Shown here piece after piece: positions 36,311 to 49,620 of a stretch of DNA of 64,000 bases. How positions within the stretch are numbered: position 1 is the stretch's first letter; every line of letters begins with the position of its first letter. This DNA comes from Camelus dromedarius (lineage: Eukaryota): assembly GCF_036321535.1 (NCBI RefSeq), contig NC_087437.1:109990001-110054000 (forward strand). Direction: 5' to 3'. The position numbers were made by a program, and so were the translations under genes. Below the pieces are notes generated by a model. The model searched no databases. It worked only from the letters and a program-made list of their open reading frames with translations, and was not told where the DNA came from.

Positions 36311-38597
36311 TGTGCCAATGATGATAACTAGAATTAATATCTATTGAGAATTATTTTGGAGGCTAAATGATATATACTTTACCTCAGAATTCAAAAACTG
36401 TGGGCCAGATTGGTCCTGCATTCATTTATTTAATCAGTAATCCACCCAGTCAATAAGTAACTATGGAAAATCTCTGTATGCCAGTCACTGTTCCAAGTTT
36501 TGTTCAAGTGACATATGTTGATTGCCCCAGTATTTTTTTTATTTGAGCAGATTTTCAAGATTTTAAAAGGGAGAGATTAAAAAATACCTTGCTATTCTCT
36601 TTTTTTTTTTTTTTCAATCTGGTAAGGTTCAGCCTGACTCCTACAGGACAGTCTACAAAATCTGCAGAGATGTTTTCTTTTGTCCTGGGATGTGGTCTGT
36701 ACTGTACTGCAGTTTGCAACTTTCTTTTAAACTGAGAACTAATATGATTAGAAGTTTTTAATGTAATTGCCCTGTTTTCCATCATAAAGTAATATTTAAA
36801 AAGTGAAATATTTCTTCAACACTAGCCTCAACCAAAAGGGGAAAAACAAGGACTGAGAGATCTCTCTTTTTAAAAAAATTGGAAGAGCGTACTTTGCAAA
36901 AGAAGACTGTTTCTGCATATTGGGTACACTAACCAAGTGTGTTTGTCAGGAAAAAAATGCAGCCTAAGATACCATTTGATGATATACGATGAGCTGAATT
37001 CTTATGTGTGGCTCTCTTGCGCTCAATTATATAAACTGCCTGGCTCTCACTGCTGTTTACATATGGGGTCTGGTCTTTGCATGAAATATCTTACTTAATT
37101 CTCATAACTCTGTGTAGTTGGTACTAGAAATCAGAGAAAGTAAATAACACGCTCAAGGACATTCGGTTAATAATTTTTGAAGCCAGAATTCTTAGCTCAG
37201 TCTGCATCCAAATGCATCCTTTCAGTACAGTTCTTCCACATAACAATCTGCGATTTGGTTCCAACCTACTTTTTTCGATTTATTTCTTGACCGCACTCCA
37301 AATTATTCACCAGGTTCCTCTTACACCGTGCTTTTAGGTACATTTGCTTTTGTTTGGGACACTGCTTTATTTCTCCAATGCTGAAATGCTCTTTCTAAGC
37401 CTGTTCGTACATTCACCCTCTCAGAAGAGCCCCCTTTATTCTATGAGATCGTTATTTACATGATAACAACTGCATTTCTCCTTGTAACAGGGCACTTGTG
37501 TAGGTTTGTTTCCTACCATTTGAGTATAAAGTACATTGAAAAATCCAATACAGCATCCAGCCCAGTTTCTTTTTTAAATTATATACTAGAAATTCCATTT
37601 TTATTTATTACATTGTAATTAGAGAAGGCTACCTGGACAGACAATGTTTTGAATAACCATCCCCAAAATATTGTTTTTCTTTCTAATTTTATGACCATTA
37701 ACAAATATGGAAATACTACGGTGTGGTAATCATTTTATGTATAGTCTTCTGCTTCTTTAAGAGATAGTGGATATTCTGTTGGGGTGAGGAACTGACATCA
37801 CATTTGGAGCACATGCTTAGCTTGTAGCAGATGTTCCAAAACATGTGGATTATTGTGTAAGTAAATAAATATTGGACATCACACACAAGCATTACTAGTT
37901 TAGCATCAACAGTGGGGTCCAAAAGTGTTTGTACCTTTTTCCAGCTTCCTCACCTTTTTGCTAAAGGAATTGGGGTATCATAGACTCACAGTAATGACTT
38001 TTGAAAGGTTCAACAATTGCCTTTTCTTTACAAAAACCCTATTGAGAAGTAATACTTGTGCATTGGTGTATTTCTTTCCAAAACCTTCTACCAGGAGAAC
38101 AGTCCAGAGTTTTTTTCATTTATAACTACCAGAGTCCCTTGAGAAATAAACCACAACACAGCCACCAAGCTCTGCTTTGTAGTTTGCATTGACTTTAATA
38201 GGAGATGAGTATTCCACTTGACCCCAGTGCAGAGGTGATTGTCAGCGGAGACATTTCCAGAGTGCAAATAGGATGTGATTTACGATGCACTTCACAAACC
38301 ACATCAGCTGCTTTTCTCCATTATGTTGCTTAACTCTGACCTGTATGAGGAACTCACCTCCCAAAGGCTGTGCAAGGCGAGGCACACAGAGAATCATGTT
38401 TTCTATTCTTGACACACAGCCTCTGTTTCCTTCAGGCTCAAGTGTTAAAAAGCATCCGTCTGATAAAACGCTTTCTCTAGAATTACTAGTGCACTGCACA
38501 CTAAAACTCTGAAAAGTTTCTTCAGGAAAAAAAGAAGAAGAACTGGTTGTTATATTCAATTTTACATTTGCCATGTGTCCTGAGATTGTAATAAAGA

Positions 38598-38642
38598 TGT
38601 GTGTGTGTGCGCACGCATGTGCGGAGAGGAGAGAGAGAGAGA
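38598..38642. repeat. Compound (TG)n/CG-containing/(GA)n microsatellite
   Basis: tgtgtgtgtgtgcgcacgcatgtgcggagaggagagagagagag, seen directly. Confidence 0.9.
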
Positions 38643-41600
38643 AATCTCCTTTTCTTGCTGTTGACAAAAGCAAAAAGACTTCAGTAGAACCTTCTGTACC
38701 ACCAAGGGTTATGTTACAGTAGTTTCAAAAATCTATACTTCTTAACAACTAAAAAGATAGAACTTTTGTCCATGTATATTTTTTCTTCAAGAGCCATTAG
38801 ACAGTATTCTAAGACTTTTTTTCTATGCATCCTTAAGTATTCCCGCTCTGGTGTTGATTTTAATGGGACTTGTTCTAAGTAAGTTCTGAAATAGCCTCAG
38901 CAAACGAGCACTGGATTAGAACCACCAGAGCATGTCAGTCATAGAAAACGAGGTCGTGCTCATCCTAATTTGCAGCAGTTTCTACCTCAACAGAAATGTC
39001 AGGCTTCATAGAAGAAAGAATTTAGGCTAAGAAAGAAAGAAAGTTTGAAGAGTTTTATTGCAATCTTGAAATGGTTCTCAGTTGGCCTGTAAATGACATT
39101 TGAACCAGAAACTCCCAACTCTTCGGGCTCCAGGATAAAATTAGAAGCTACCGAGGGTAGTCTTGAAGATAACCAAATGATCACCAAGATGATGAGGAGG
39201 AGAGGGAGTAAACCAGAGAGTTGAAAAAAGTACTTTAGAAATTGTAGAAGTGGTGAGAGGAAAGGGTATCATGCCCCCTAGTGTACAGAGGTGGCCCTGC
39301 AGCTGTCTTCTCTTCCTTAACAAAAAGGATGTCTGTCTGTGTTAGGGATTTCTAGAGGCTCTTGAATTGTGCGAAAATCAAATAGACCCTCTCCACAATC
39401 ATGATTTGTTTTTAATTTCAAATATTTTTTTTTATTTATAACTCTAGGTAATAAACACATCATGTACGTTACCTCTGGTGCTTGAACTATCTGCCCTCTA
39501 GTGATGCCCCACCACTCTTAGCACAGAGAAGCCGCACGGTTGTGCTGGGCAATATTGCACATTAAGAAAATGTTCTGTGAAAAGGAGATGCCTTCTTCCA
39601 TTTTTTTTTTTTTTGAGACTTTCTGCCCATTTTGGATTAGCCTTTTAAATGTTCACCATCCAAACACCTAGGCTATGACCCACAAAATGTCTTGTTCTCT
39701 CTGGGAGAATTTTTGCAAAGTTTACCTTCCTTAAAAGTTATCAGATAGGATTCGAGGCATTTTATATCCCAAGGTGAAAGAGAGAGGGTAAGAAGATGAG
39801 GAAAAATTAGAGGCTACTGCTTACGTATCGGTTCTTCCTTCACCCATATCCCACTAGACTGAGTTCCATGGTTGCAATCCTGAGCCTATGAATTTTCCGT
39901 TAATAAAGTGACTTTTTTCCATCCTCTGCTTAACATTATGGGTCTTGTTCAACAGCTACACACAAAGTGTTATTGATATCAATTTCAATCCATGCTAAAT
40001 TTAATATGCTAAAGCAAAATGCTACAGAAAACTGTCCACAGTTGGCTTATAAGAGAGTCTCTTTGATTTTTCCCAGGTGTGTTCTCATCAAAACTTCATG
40101 ATCTTAAGCAAATTTCATTTTCTCTCTTTTTTTTTTTTTCTGGTTTCTAGAACTCTGTTGAGCTTTACCAATGAATGTTCAATCTACATTAACCAAAGAA
40201 GACCACAAAGTCAATCCACTATCTTCCACAGTCTGTAGTTCGTCCCAAATAACTGATGCCGGCTGTCTGGCAAAAGCAGGGTGTAGTAAAAAGAACAAAC
40301 ACGGATTTTGAATCCAAATTCTAATCCTAACTTTACCACCTACTCGCTATTTGGTCTTAGACAAGTCACTTACACGATTGGATCCAATTTTGTTTTAACG
40401 GGGATGATAATGTTTTCAGAGTTTGCGTAAAGTATTCAAAATGCCAGGCTTAAATTAGGTAATGAATAAATGATGACTACAGTGTTTTGGTATATTAAAT
40501 TTCTAGTACTAGGCTTGCCACTTCTAAAGTTCTTAATATATTTAATGCTAACTAATCTCATATCTTTTCTTCTCTGCTACTACATTTTTCTCCATATTAA
40601 TTCTTTATAAGGTCAATGCTGTATAAAGTCACCATGGAGGCTTTAACACCTGTCACTCAAAATAGAAACAGCAGTATCTACATTCTCAAGGGTACTGAAT
40701 ATTATTCACAATGACCAAGACAGAAGCAAACTAAATGTCCATCTACATATGAGTAAGGTAAGAAAACATGGTGTATTTATACAATGGTACTACCATAATA
40801 CTGTTTGTCAGCTTTTCTTCTATTTGCTTCTATTTTCTTTGCACTTCTCATTTAACAGACTCAAAGAAAAGATATGGAAGGAATGGGTTTTAAATTATGT
40901 CTTCATAATTCAATGACCCTCACTGATAAACACTCAGACTGAAACAACCAACTTTAAAATTTTATCAATTCATATAAAAACTACTCTCTCTTTTTTTTTC
41001 TGTTTTGAGGTTAAAAGCTCAAAAACCTTTCAGCCATATTCAAAACTGAATGTATTCTTCCTAAGATTGATTCAGATAAAGATTAGTACAAATTTCACTT
41101 TAATGGTCCTCACATACAGGAAGTTCAAAATCTACATATACATTTGTTTCAGTGCAAACACATAACTGATATTTACCCAGAAAAAAGAAGTTACTTTTGA
41201 CATTTGTAGCTTCTGTCCAATCTGTCACAAAATGTTTTGGTTGATTCTGGGAATTCTTCTATTATTTCCCTTTCATTTAGAGATATGTCACACTGTAGGA
41301 AGAATTTAACAGGTTAGAAAGGAATTCTTTTTTTTTTTTTTCTGTTTCAGTAAAGGAAATGTTTAATGGAAATGTTTACAGGGGAAAAAAATGGGAAATT
41401 TGGACAAAGCTGATAAAGTGACATAAACAAGATATGATGAAGAAAGAAACTGAATAAATAAAAGAAAGTTGGTGAGACCAAGGGCATTTTTGATGACTAT
41501 TGCCTTGTAATGAAGGAAATAAAACCTTAATAAGCTTTATGAAGGAGAGGGGCTTGCTTTCTTCCCCTTCCTCATCAAGAGATACATGATGAGGGTAGAC

Positions 41601-41649
41601 TGTTTAGTGTGAAATTGCATGTTTAAATGGTGGATTCTTCCCAGCTCGA

Positions 41650-42102
41650 TAGAGGTACCATTAACAGATAAACACTGTATATTCAAGGTGTACAATGTGA
41701 TGCTTTGATAAGCATATACACTGTGAAATAATTACTATAATTAAGTTAACTAACGTTCAATCATCTCACATAGTTAACTTCTTTTTTTTGTGGTGAGAAC
41801 ACTTGAAATTTACTCTCTTGGCAAATTTCAAGTGTACAATACATTATTGTTAACCATAGTCATCATGCTATACATTAGGTGTCCAGAATGTATTCACCTT
41901 GTAACTGAAAGTTTATACCCTTTGACCAACATCTCATTTCCCCCAGCCCCCAGCTCCCGATAAACTGTTCTGTCCTCTGTTACTAAAATTTTGACATTTT
42001 TAGATTCCCCATATAAGTAACATCAGGCAGCATTTGTCTTTCTGTGTCTGGCATATTTCACTTAGCATAATGTCCTCCAGGTTCATCCACATTGTTGCAA
42101 AT
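41650..42102 (-). mobile_element. LINE-1 3' end (L1MA-type)
   Basis: tgtggtgagaacacttgaaatttactctc...tcacttagcataatgtcctccaggttcatccacattgttgcaaat. Confidence 0.85.
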
Positions 42103-44809
42103 CACTCAGCCTTAAATGAATTTTTTTATTATTAAATTCAAATTAATTGATCCCAGGTGATTAAATTTGAGACCAGCCAGACTAACTAATTGCTAAACAC
42201 TCATCAAAAAGCATATGTTCACTTGCTTTATTTTTAGCAATAAAAATCAATTCATGAAGGGAAAGAAAATGTCTTGAAAATAAAAATCAGTTAACCCAAG
42301 TTATTTCAAGTCATGAATTTAAATACTAGATTCTTCGGTAAACACTAAGGAGCAGTTATCTTTTATGACTTTGTACTTTGGGTAAAGCTGGAAATAGATA
42401 TATGGCTTGAATGTTGTACCATTGTCCTTACAGATTTTATAGGCTACCTATTAAATAATCAGACAACTAATAGGGTCAAGGCATCAACATTTCATGAAAT
42501 TAAGACAAAATTTTTAAAAATATACAAAAGCACATATATCTGTAATAACATGTAGCAGTAATAAGAATTCTTAGCCATTTGTATCCTTTTAGCTTAAGAC
42601 AAATATGGATATAATATATATATATATAAATTGGCTTTATTTTCTAATAAAATTTTAGTTTGCAAAAAGAAACTCTGATCAGTAGTAACGGTGAAAAGAG
42701 GACCACAGACTGTTAAAATACCTTGATCATAAAATGGGTACAATGTCCTTGTTTTACAGATGTTGAGAGTGAAGTTGGGTGCATTACAGAAGTAATATAC
42801 GATATACAAGCATGACCCAGAAATGATGTATGATGCTTACACTAGGCCACTCTTTGGATAGCAAGTTAAAAAAAAATGAACTCCACAGATACAGTCACAA
42901 CTGAAGTCACCATAGACTATTTATTGGTGTTTCTGGAAGGAAAGAAGAGCCATGTTTCTCTTAAGAGTTAAAAATTATTATATCAGCTACGTCATTTAAA
43001 TTGGCTTTAAAAACACTTGTGTCTACCCAGTCATTATAATTAGGTATCTAGAGGAACAACATATATTATTACTGAAAATAAAAAATCATTTTTCATTTAG
43101 AAGGCCCAATTAACACCAAAGAAGCATGATACTCATAAATCATTACCTTTTTTAATAATAATAACAACTAGATTCAAATTGAAAATATAAGAAATGTATG
43201 CCTTACAGAGTCATTGTGAAAGATATAAACTAAACGTTCAGATCAAGACAGAGCAGATGTTAAAAAGTTATTGTACAAGTGCAGCCACAAAGTTAGATGA
43301 GCTAGCTGTAGGTAAAACTTTCTAAACTAAAGAATTAGAACAATCAGTGGGTCAAATATATTGTATATGATGCCATGGTCTTGATGTTCTTTGCTATTAA
43401 ATCTATGTTGAGATTAGGTGGCCATTTCTTATGTCTTTTGTCATAAATATAGATTTTATTCTTAGCCAGAGACTGAATGCATCAAAAATATTAGACAAAA
43501 ATCAAAATAAATAACTGAAAGTTGCTCTACATGTTACAAAATTGACTTTGTTCATTTGCTTGGATTGGCTTGTATTCATTGCTATAGACTTAATTTTTCA
43601 CTAACATTCTACACTAATCTTGACATTAGATACATATTTGCTTTTTTTGGTTTTGAATATTATGGGGTTTCTATGTTTTCTACCACTCAGAATTTAAGAA
43701 AAGAAACAAATAAATAGAAGACTGTCCCTAAAAACCAAATGCCCTCATTATCATGAGCATAACTTAATACAACACTCATGAGAAATAATCTACCAAAAGA
43801 ATGATGCCCTTTGAATACCATTATCACACCTCAGCTCAGGCATGAGTACCTCATGAGTTATTTCTTTTGTCCCATGGAAACATGATTTCCAGAGGTGGAA
43901 ATTAAGCAGCTTGGAGGGTTTTAATATGATTTGTAAGGCATCAAAGTTGAGATTTAGTCTACAACAATTAAGCACTAAGCAGTCGCTGAAATTGGGAAAA
44001 AATGTCTTGCTTTAAAGATTCTGGTGTACAAATGACTGGAATGTTTCCCAGTGATGGGACAAAGATGGTATTAACTCAGTGAGTGCAGAATGTTAGCATC
44101 TTGTTGATGGGTGTTGAATTGATTACTGAGAACATTTACTTTTCATGACCAGACAGAAGCCAGAATATTTCACTCTATTTTCCAAAGTCCTTGTCTCCAT
44201 AGCCAAAATGAGAATAATGGATTAAACCACGGAGGTCACAATATCCATCACAAAGCTTCTGTGGAAGCCCAGATTGCCAATAACCACAGATTACTCTCTA
44301 TTACAGGAATGAATTCAGATGGGCAGTAAAAGTTGAGTTACTTGAGCTTAGATGTTACTCTCTACACAGTGACTTTACAAATTCTCAGAAGTGAGGCTGA
44401 TAAAACCTGTAGTCTTTATATTTCAAATGGCATCTAAGCCCTCTAAACCCTTTAATATTCCCTTGATTCCAGCAAAAAAGGGACTCCTACAGGTAAACAT
44501 ATTTTAATTTAGTATTCCTTTAATCAACTTTGTGCCTATTAGAGGTAATTTTTCCCTCCTTAAAGGCTTGGCTTTTTTCTGACCCTGGTTAAGATGCCCA
44601 TAAACTCATTCCATGGCATGAGGTAATATCCCAACTGTATTTCAAAAGGTTGTTTTGGTTCACTAATTATATATGACTGCTTCTGACATCCTCTGTAAGA
44701 AGGATATTTTATGTAAAATTCATGTCCATCATTATTCAAAACCAGCCTCTATTAAATGGTTAAAACCATTTCAACTGAGTCCCTGGAACAGACACATCTC
44801 TCAACTTGG

Positions 44810-45040
44810 TAATAATAATGGTAAAGATAGTAAGAGTCTATTCATACTTATTATGTGTCAGAAACTTTAGATACATCAATTCATTTAATTCAGTCATCCT
44901 GTGACAGATACTATTATAACCCCCATGTCACAGGTCACTTAGAGAGCTTGATAATAACACGCCCAAAGGCATCACAGTTATTAAGTGCACAAGTTGGATT
45001 TGAACTTGAGTAAGAGACTCAAGAGCCCATCTGTTTTTCA
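44810..45040. mobile_element. MIR SINE
   Basis: tcatttaattc...tactattataaccccc...ggatttgaacttgag. Confidence 0.6.
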
Positions 45041-45561
45041 CTTGTCTGAACTGCTGACTTGGAGAGCCTGCCAGATGGGGAATAAGATAGGTGCTCCTTG
45101 ATGGTGTGTCTAAAACACACTCAACAAATAAAAGCTTAGGGCATAATTTTTGTAGAGGTGATTGATCTTTGGTGACTCCTCATTCATTTCCTTTTGGTGG
45201 CTATACCTCACCCATGTCACATCTGTTCTTAGGATCTCCGTCATCATATGCTGTCTCCTGGGTTCCAAGTCTGTCACTGTGTCACTTCACATGAGTCTGC
45301 CCTCTTGACACTATTATCTCTTGCTCCAGATTTGTCCCTTCATTTTCTTCTTCTCTTTCCTTTACCTCCCAACATTTTTGTGTCCAGGGCACCAGGGGCA
45401 GATGCAGAGGAATGTACTCTCTGTCCTCCTTGTAATCCCTGAGAGATAAGTTTACAGTTTAACCATGTTCGTATGTCATAACCCTAAGTGCTAAGTGGTG
45501 ATTTAATTGGATGTAGGGGCATTTTCATCACCTATAGAAAACTGGAGGGATTGTTCAAGAG

Positions 45562-45865
45562 GTGCATCATCAAGGTCTCCAGATAAACTGAAGCAATAGA
45601 ATATACAGACTGTGTGTTTATTTTAAGGAATTGATTCACATGATTGTGGGGGCTGGTAAATTCAGGAAAGGAAAGAAAGGCTGGCAGGCTGGAAATGCAG
45701 GCAGGAGTTGATACTGCAGTCTTGAAGAATTTCTTCCTTGAGAAACCTCAGTTTTTGCTTCTAAGACTTCCAATTGATTGGTTTAGATCCACCCACATTA
45801 TGGGGGTAATCTCCTTTACCGAAAGCAAACTAATTGTGAATATTAACCACATTTCCAAAATACTG
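45562..45865 (-). mobile_element. MLT2-type LTR fragment
   Basis: ttttaaggaattgattcacatgattgtgggggctgg...cccacattatgggggtaatctccttta. Confidence 0.7.
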
Positions 45866-45869
45866 GTAC

Positions 45870-46388
45870 AATGTAGTGTAAACCCTTAACAGTTGTTTTG
45901 TCTTTTTATTTTTGTAAGGCAAGGACCTGACTTAGGCTTTGATTGCCCAGGCATCCACTTTGAAGAGACATCCACTTCAGAGAGGCTAGCTCCAACAAAC
46001 ACACTGACAACCACATGACTAGGTAGGAGCCGAGCCACATTTGTTTCAGAGGTCTTTGTTGATTTCAATGATTGACCATTTGGACTGCTTGCTTTTATCT
46101 CTTCTTGCACTTTAAATTTTCACTCTTGTGTATTAACTTCACCAATAAAGAGTGAGACCATGAAACCCTTAGGGCCTCACCCTTGATCCCAATAAAAGCA
46201 GAATTAGAGACCTGTGCACCCCTAACCCTAATCTTAACTTCCTGTGTGACCCCAGGTGTTCTATGTAATTTCCAGGTCCTGTAAGTAATAAACTTTGTTT
46301 TTGTTTCCCTCCCCACCCCAAGTTTCTTAATAGTTATTGCTGACAGTGTCTCATAATCATAAGAACCTCAAGAGCCAAACCAACCACA
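45870..46388 (+). mobile_element. ERV1-like solo LTR
   Basis: tgtagtg...caaccaca termini, internal AATAAA motifs; no clear TSD. Confidence 0.5.
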
Positions 46389-47344
46389 ATATTGGTAAAC
46401 TGTGACAGTAATGCAAAAAGTGATGTAGAAACAAGACTATCACTGTAGCAGTCTCTTTGCAATTCTAGCCATCTTTACATCCCTGGATCCTGTACAACTT
46501 GTTAAACTAATCCTCCAGCTTATCAACACGTTCCTTGAGCTATTCATATTCTCAATAAATTAATTTTCTTCAAGTGATTTCCATCTCTTCCAAGTAAGAA
46601 TCATATCAGATATATCCTATTTCTACTTACATTCTTTAGTTTCAAAAGAAAAGTACACAATGAAGACAGTAGTAATGACTTGGTAACCTTTTCTTTAACT
46701 ACTTCCTTACTTATTAAATAGTGCTGTCCTACGATCTCTGAGCAGAATCTTGGAGTAGACTGGTAGACAGAAGAAGGAGATGGGCGGAGAGGACTTGGGT
46801 TTGGGGTTCTTCCTACTGTTGGAATGACAGTTCTAATAATCTATTCTACTTGCTTTGTGCATTACCATCTACCTCGAAAGCAATGCAGTGTTTTATGTGG
46901 TCTGCTTAAATCTTTTTAGCAAATTATTTCACTTATCATTTTAACATAAAAATATAGCATAAAACAAATTCAACTTATAATAAGATCATATCAAGTTTAA
47001 GAACCATCTAGTATCACAGTGGTGAGTGAAAAAAGAAAGACACTTCACTGTGTGAGTATGTAATCAGTTTCAGTGTAGTTGGATTCAAGTTGAGAGAATC
47101 TAGAGTTCAATGAAGGAGCTCATTATTGAGTAGGGGAGAAAATAAAGCACCTGAAAAGAATATAGTTGAGGACAGAGTTTTTTTTTTTTTTTTTTTTTCT
47201 GAACCATGATGCAAGAATCGCTTTTATATTCTAGGCCTTACAGGATAAGGAAGTGATTCTATTGAATGAAATAGAGAAAAACAGTATTATATGGAGATGA
47301 AAATATTAAGATGATGATAATAATAATAACAATCATCATCATCA

Positions 47345-47590
47345 TCAGTGATAGCTAAAGTCTATTGTTTACTCTGAGTCCAACCATTCTTTTGTGCTTT
47401 GCAGACATTAGCTCATTTAATCTTCACAACTCTGCAAGGAAAACAATGAAATCATCTTCAATTTGCAGACAATAAAAACGAAACTTGACGAGGTAAAAGT
47501 AATTGCCCCAAAGTCATAGAGTTAATCAACACTGATACTGATACTGTATCACAAGCAGTGTGATTTCAAACTCTGGGTTTCTAACCAATG
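47345..47590. mobile_element. MIR SINE
   Basis: attagctcatttaatcttcacaac...aattgccccaaagtcatagag. Confidence 0.65.
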
Positions 47591-47994
47591 AGATGGATGT
47601 AAAGCCGAATGGCATCTTAAGATGTGAGTGGAGTAAAAGTTGAGGTAGGAAGATCTTAATTTGAGAACATTGTGATGAAGAGATGAAAGAAGTCAAATAA
47701 GGAAGAATTAGATGAAGAAGGAGGAAGAAGATGGTGTTTCTTTGAGAAAGATTTAAATGGCAGGATCAAAGATAAATCAGTGAACGAGGAGAGGAGAGAA
47801 ACTGACCACTATTTTCACGATTGATTTTCCAATCTTGGAGTGTTAGGTGGATGGAAATACCAGAATAAAGAGTCTGGAAGCCAAAAACGTACATGTGTGA
47901 CAAGAATAAACCATTACTTGGAACACGTCGAGATTCAGTTGCTTATATTGACATACATTTAGAAACATTCTTTGAGCAGAAAAAAATATCAGAA

Positions 47995-48195
47995 GAAAGG
48001 CCAGATTAAGAGATATAGCATATTGTGTAAATAAAAATACAGAGTGCCAATTAAATTTGAATTTCAGATAAATGACTTCTATGACAAGTAGGTCCCATGT
48101 GATATTTTGCACATTTCTACTTTAAAAATGTATTTTTTTGTTTATCTGAAATTCAAATTTCACAGGTTGTCCTGTATTTTATCTAGGATCCCTAC
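47995..48195. mobile_element. MER53-like palindromic MITE (hAT)
   Basis: Internal inverted repeat aaatttgaatttcagataaa / tttatctgaaattcaaattt, with termini resembling MER53. Confidence 0.8.
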
Positions 48196-49229
48196 AAGTT
48201 AGAGATATAAATTGAGAGTCCTCAGCTTGCAGAGAAGAGACCATTGTTTGCTTTGAGTAGATGACATTACCTAAGAAAAATAATTTCTCAAAGGCAAGGG
48301 TAGATGGCAGGGCCCAAGACAGAATGCAAAGCTTTGCCCCTTCCCTTATCTACTCTCTTTGCCCCATGACTTGGTAGTATTCTCCCAGTTCACCCCTGGT
48401 TCAGCTGTATAACATACTTGGACCAATAAAACGAGACAGAATTCATGATGTGTCAGTTCTGGGTATGGGTATCCAATATCCTTGCAGGTATCTATTTTGA
48501 TCCCATAACCCTGCTCTTTGCATGAAAACACATTTGATCTAGCCCATTGGCGGATGAGAGATGTGGGTACATGGTGCAGAACCACGTACCCACTTATCCA
48601 CACCAGCTGCCAGTTATGTTAGTGAATCCAGCAAGGCCATCTCACTTCCTCCAGCTCTCAGATGGATGAGCATTAAACTTACTGTTGTATTCCATTGAGG
48701 TTGGTGGTCATTATGCAGCAATGTGGTGATAGCACGCAGGTAACATTCTTATAACCAGCCATCTTTATTACATGTACACAAACATGCTGAGGTTGAAAAC
48801 CCTTTACTTTTAATTTATCATTCATTATTACTATCTCACAACTCACCATTGCATGGTTTGGAATAAGTAATTTAAACACTCCAAACTACAATTTCCTCAC
48901 TTATTCCACTGGAATAACAATACCAGTCTTTTAAATTCTGAAGTTTAGGGATGATAATGACAAGCAAGTAAGTACGCCATAAATATGTTATTATTATTAT
49001 TAGTTATATTGATGTTGGCTTATAACTATGCCTCTGTACCAAGCAGATCAGCTAGCATGTTGTAAATGGTTAATAAATATCTATGACAAAGATGAATGAA
49101 GAATGATGTTTAAAATAAAAATAAAAGTTTGGTGTTTTTTTCATTTTCTTCAGTAGAATCTTATTATTACAATAAAGGACTTCTAATTTAATGAAAATGT
49201 GATGTGAAAATAATTAATAGATTAGTGCT

Positions 49230-49620
49230 AGCAAAGATTTATTCAGTACTTATTTTATGAAATTCTTTAAATGGATCAGACACTGCTCTAGACACTGAGG
49301 ATTCAACAGTAAGTAAACCAAATTAAGTCCCTGCCCATATGGCATTTACCTTCCCTGGGGAAGGCACATAACATGTGAATAAACAAGCAAATATATAACA
49401 CCCCTTGGTGATAAGTACTATGAGGAAAAAGTTACATAAGGGACTAGAGGCCAGTAAGGTAGTCAGGAAGGGGAATTTGTACTTGATGCCTTGGGTGCCT
49501 TGTGGAATAAGAGAAGGCATCTCACTAGATGTGATAATTAGGTTAATATTTGAAGATGAGCAGGAGCTCATTATGAAAAGTGAAGACCATACCATCGGAG
49601 ATGAGGAGGGAGCTAGGATA
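49230..49620. mobile_element. LINE-2 3' fragment
   Basis: cagacactgctctagacactgaggattcaacagt...gtccctgcccatatgg...gagaaggcatctc. Confidence 0.65.

Noticed and set aside
47995..48195. Hairpin resembling a miRNA precursor
   Set aside because: Explained by a palindromic MER53-like MITE; no expression evidence.
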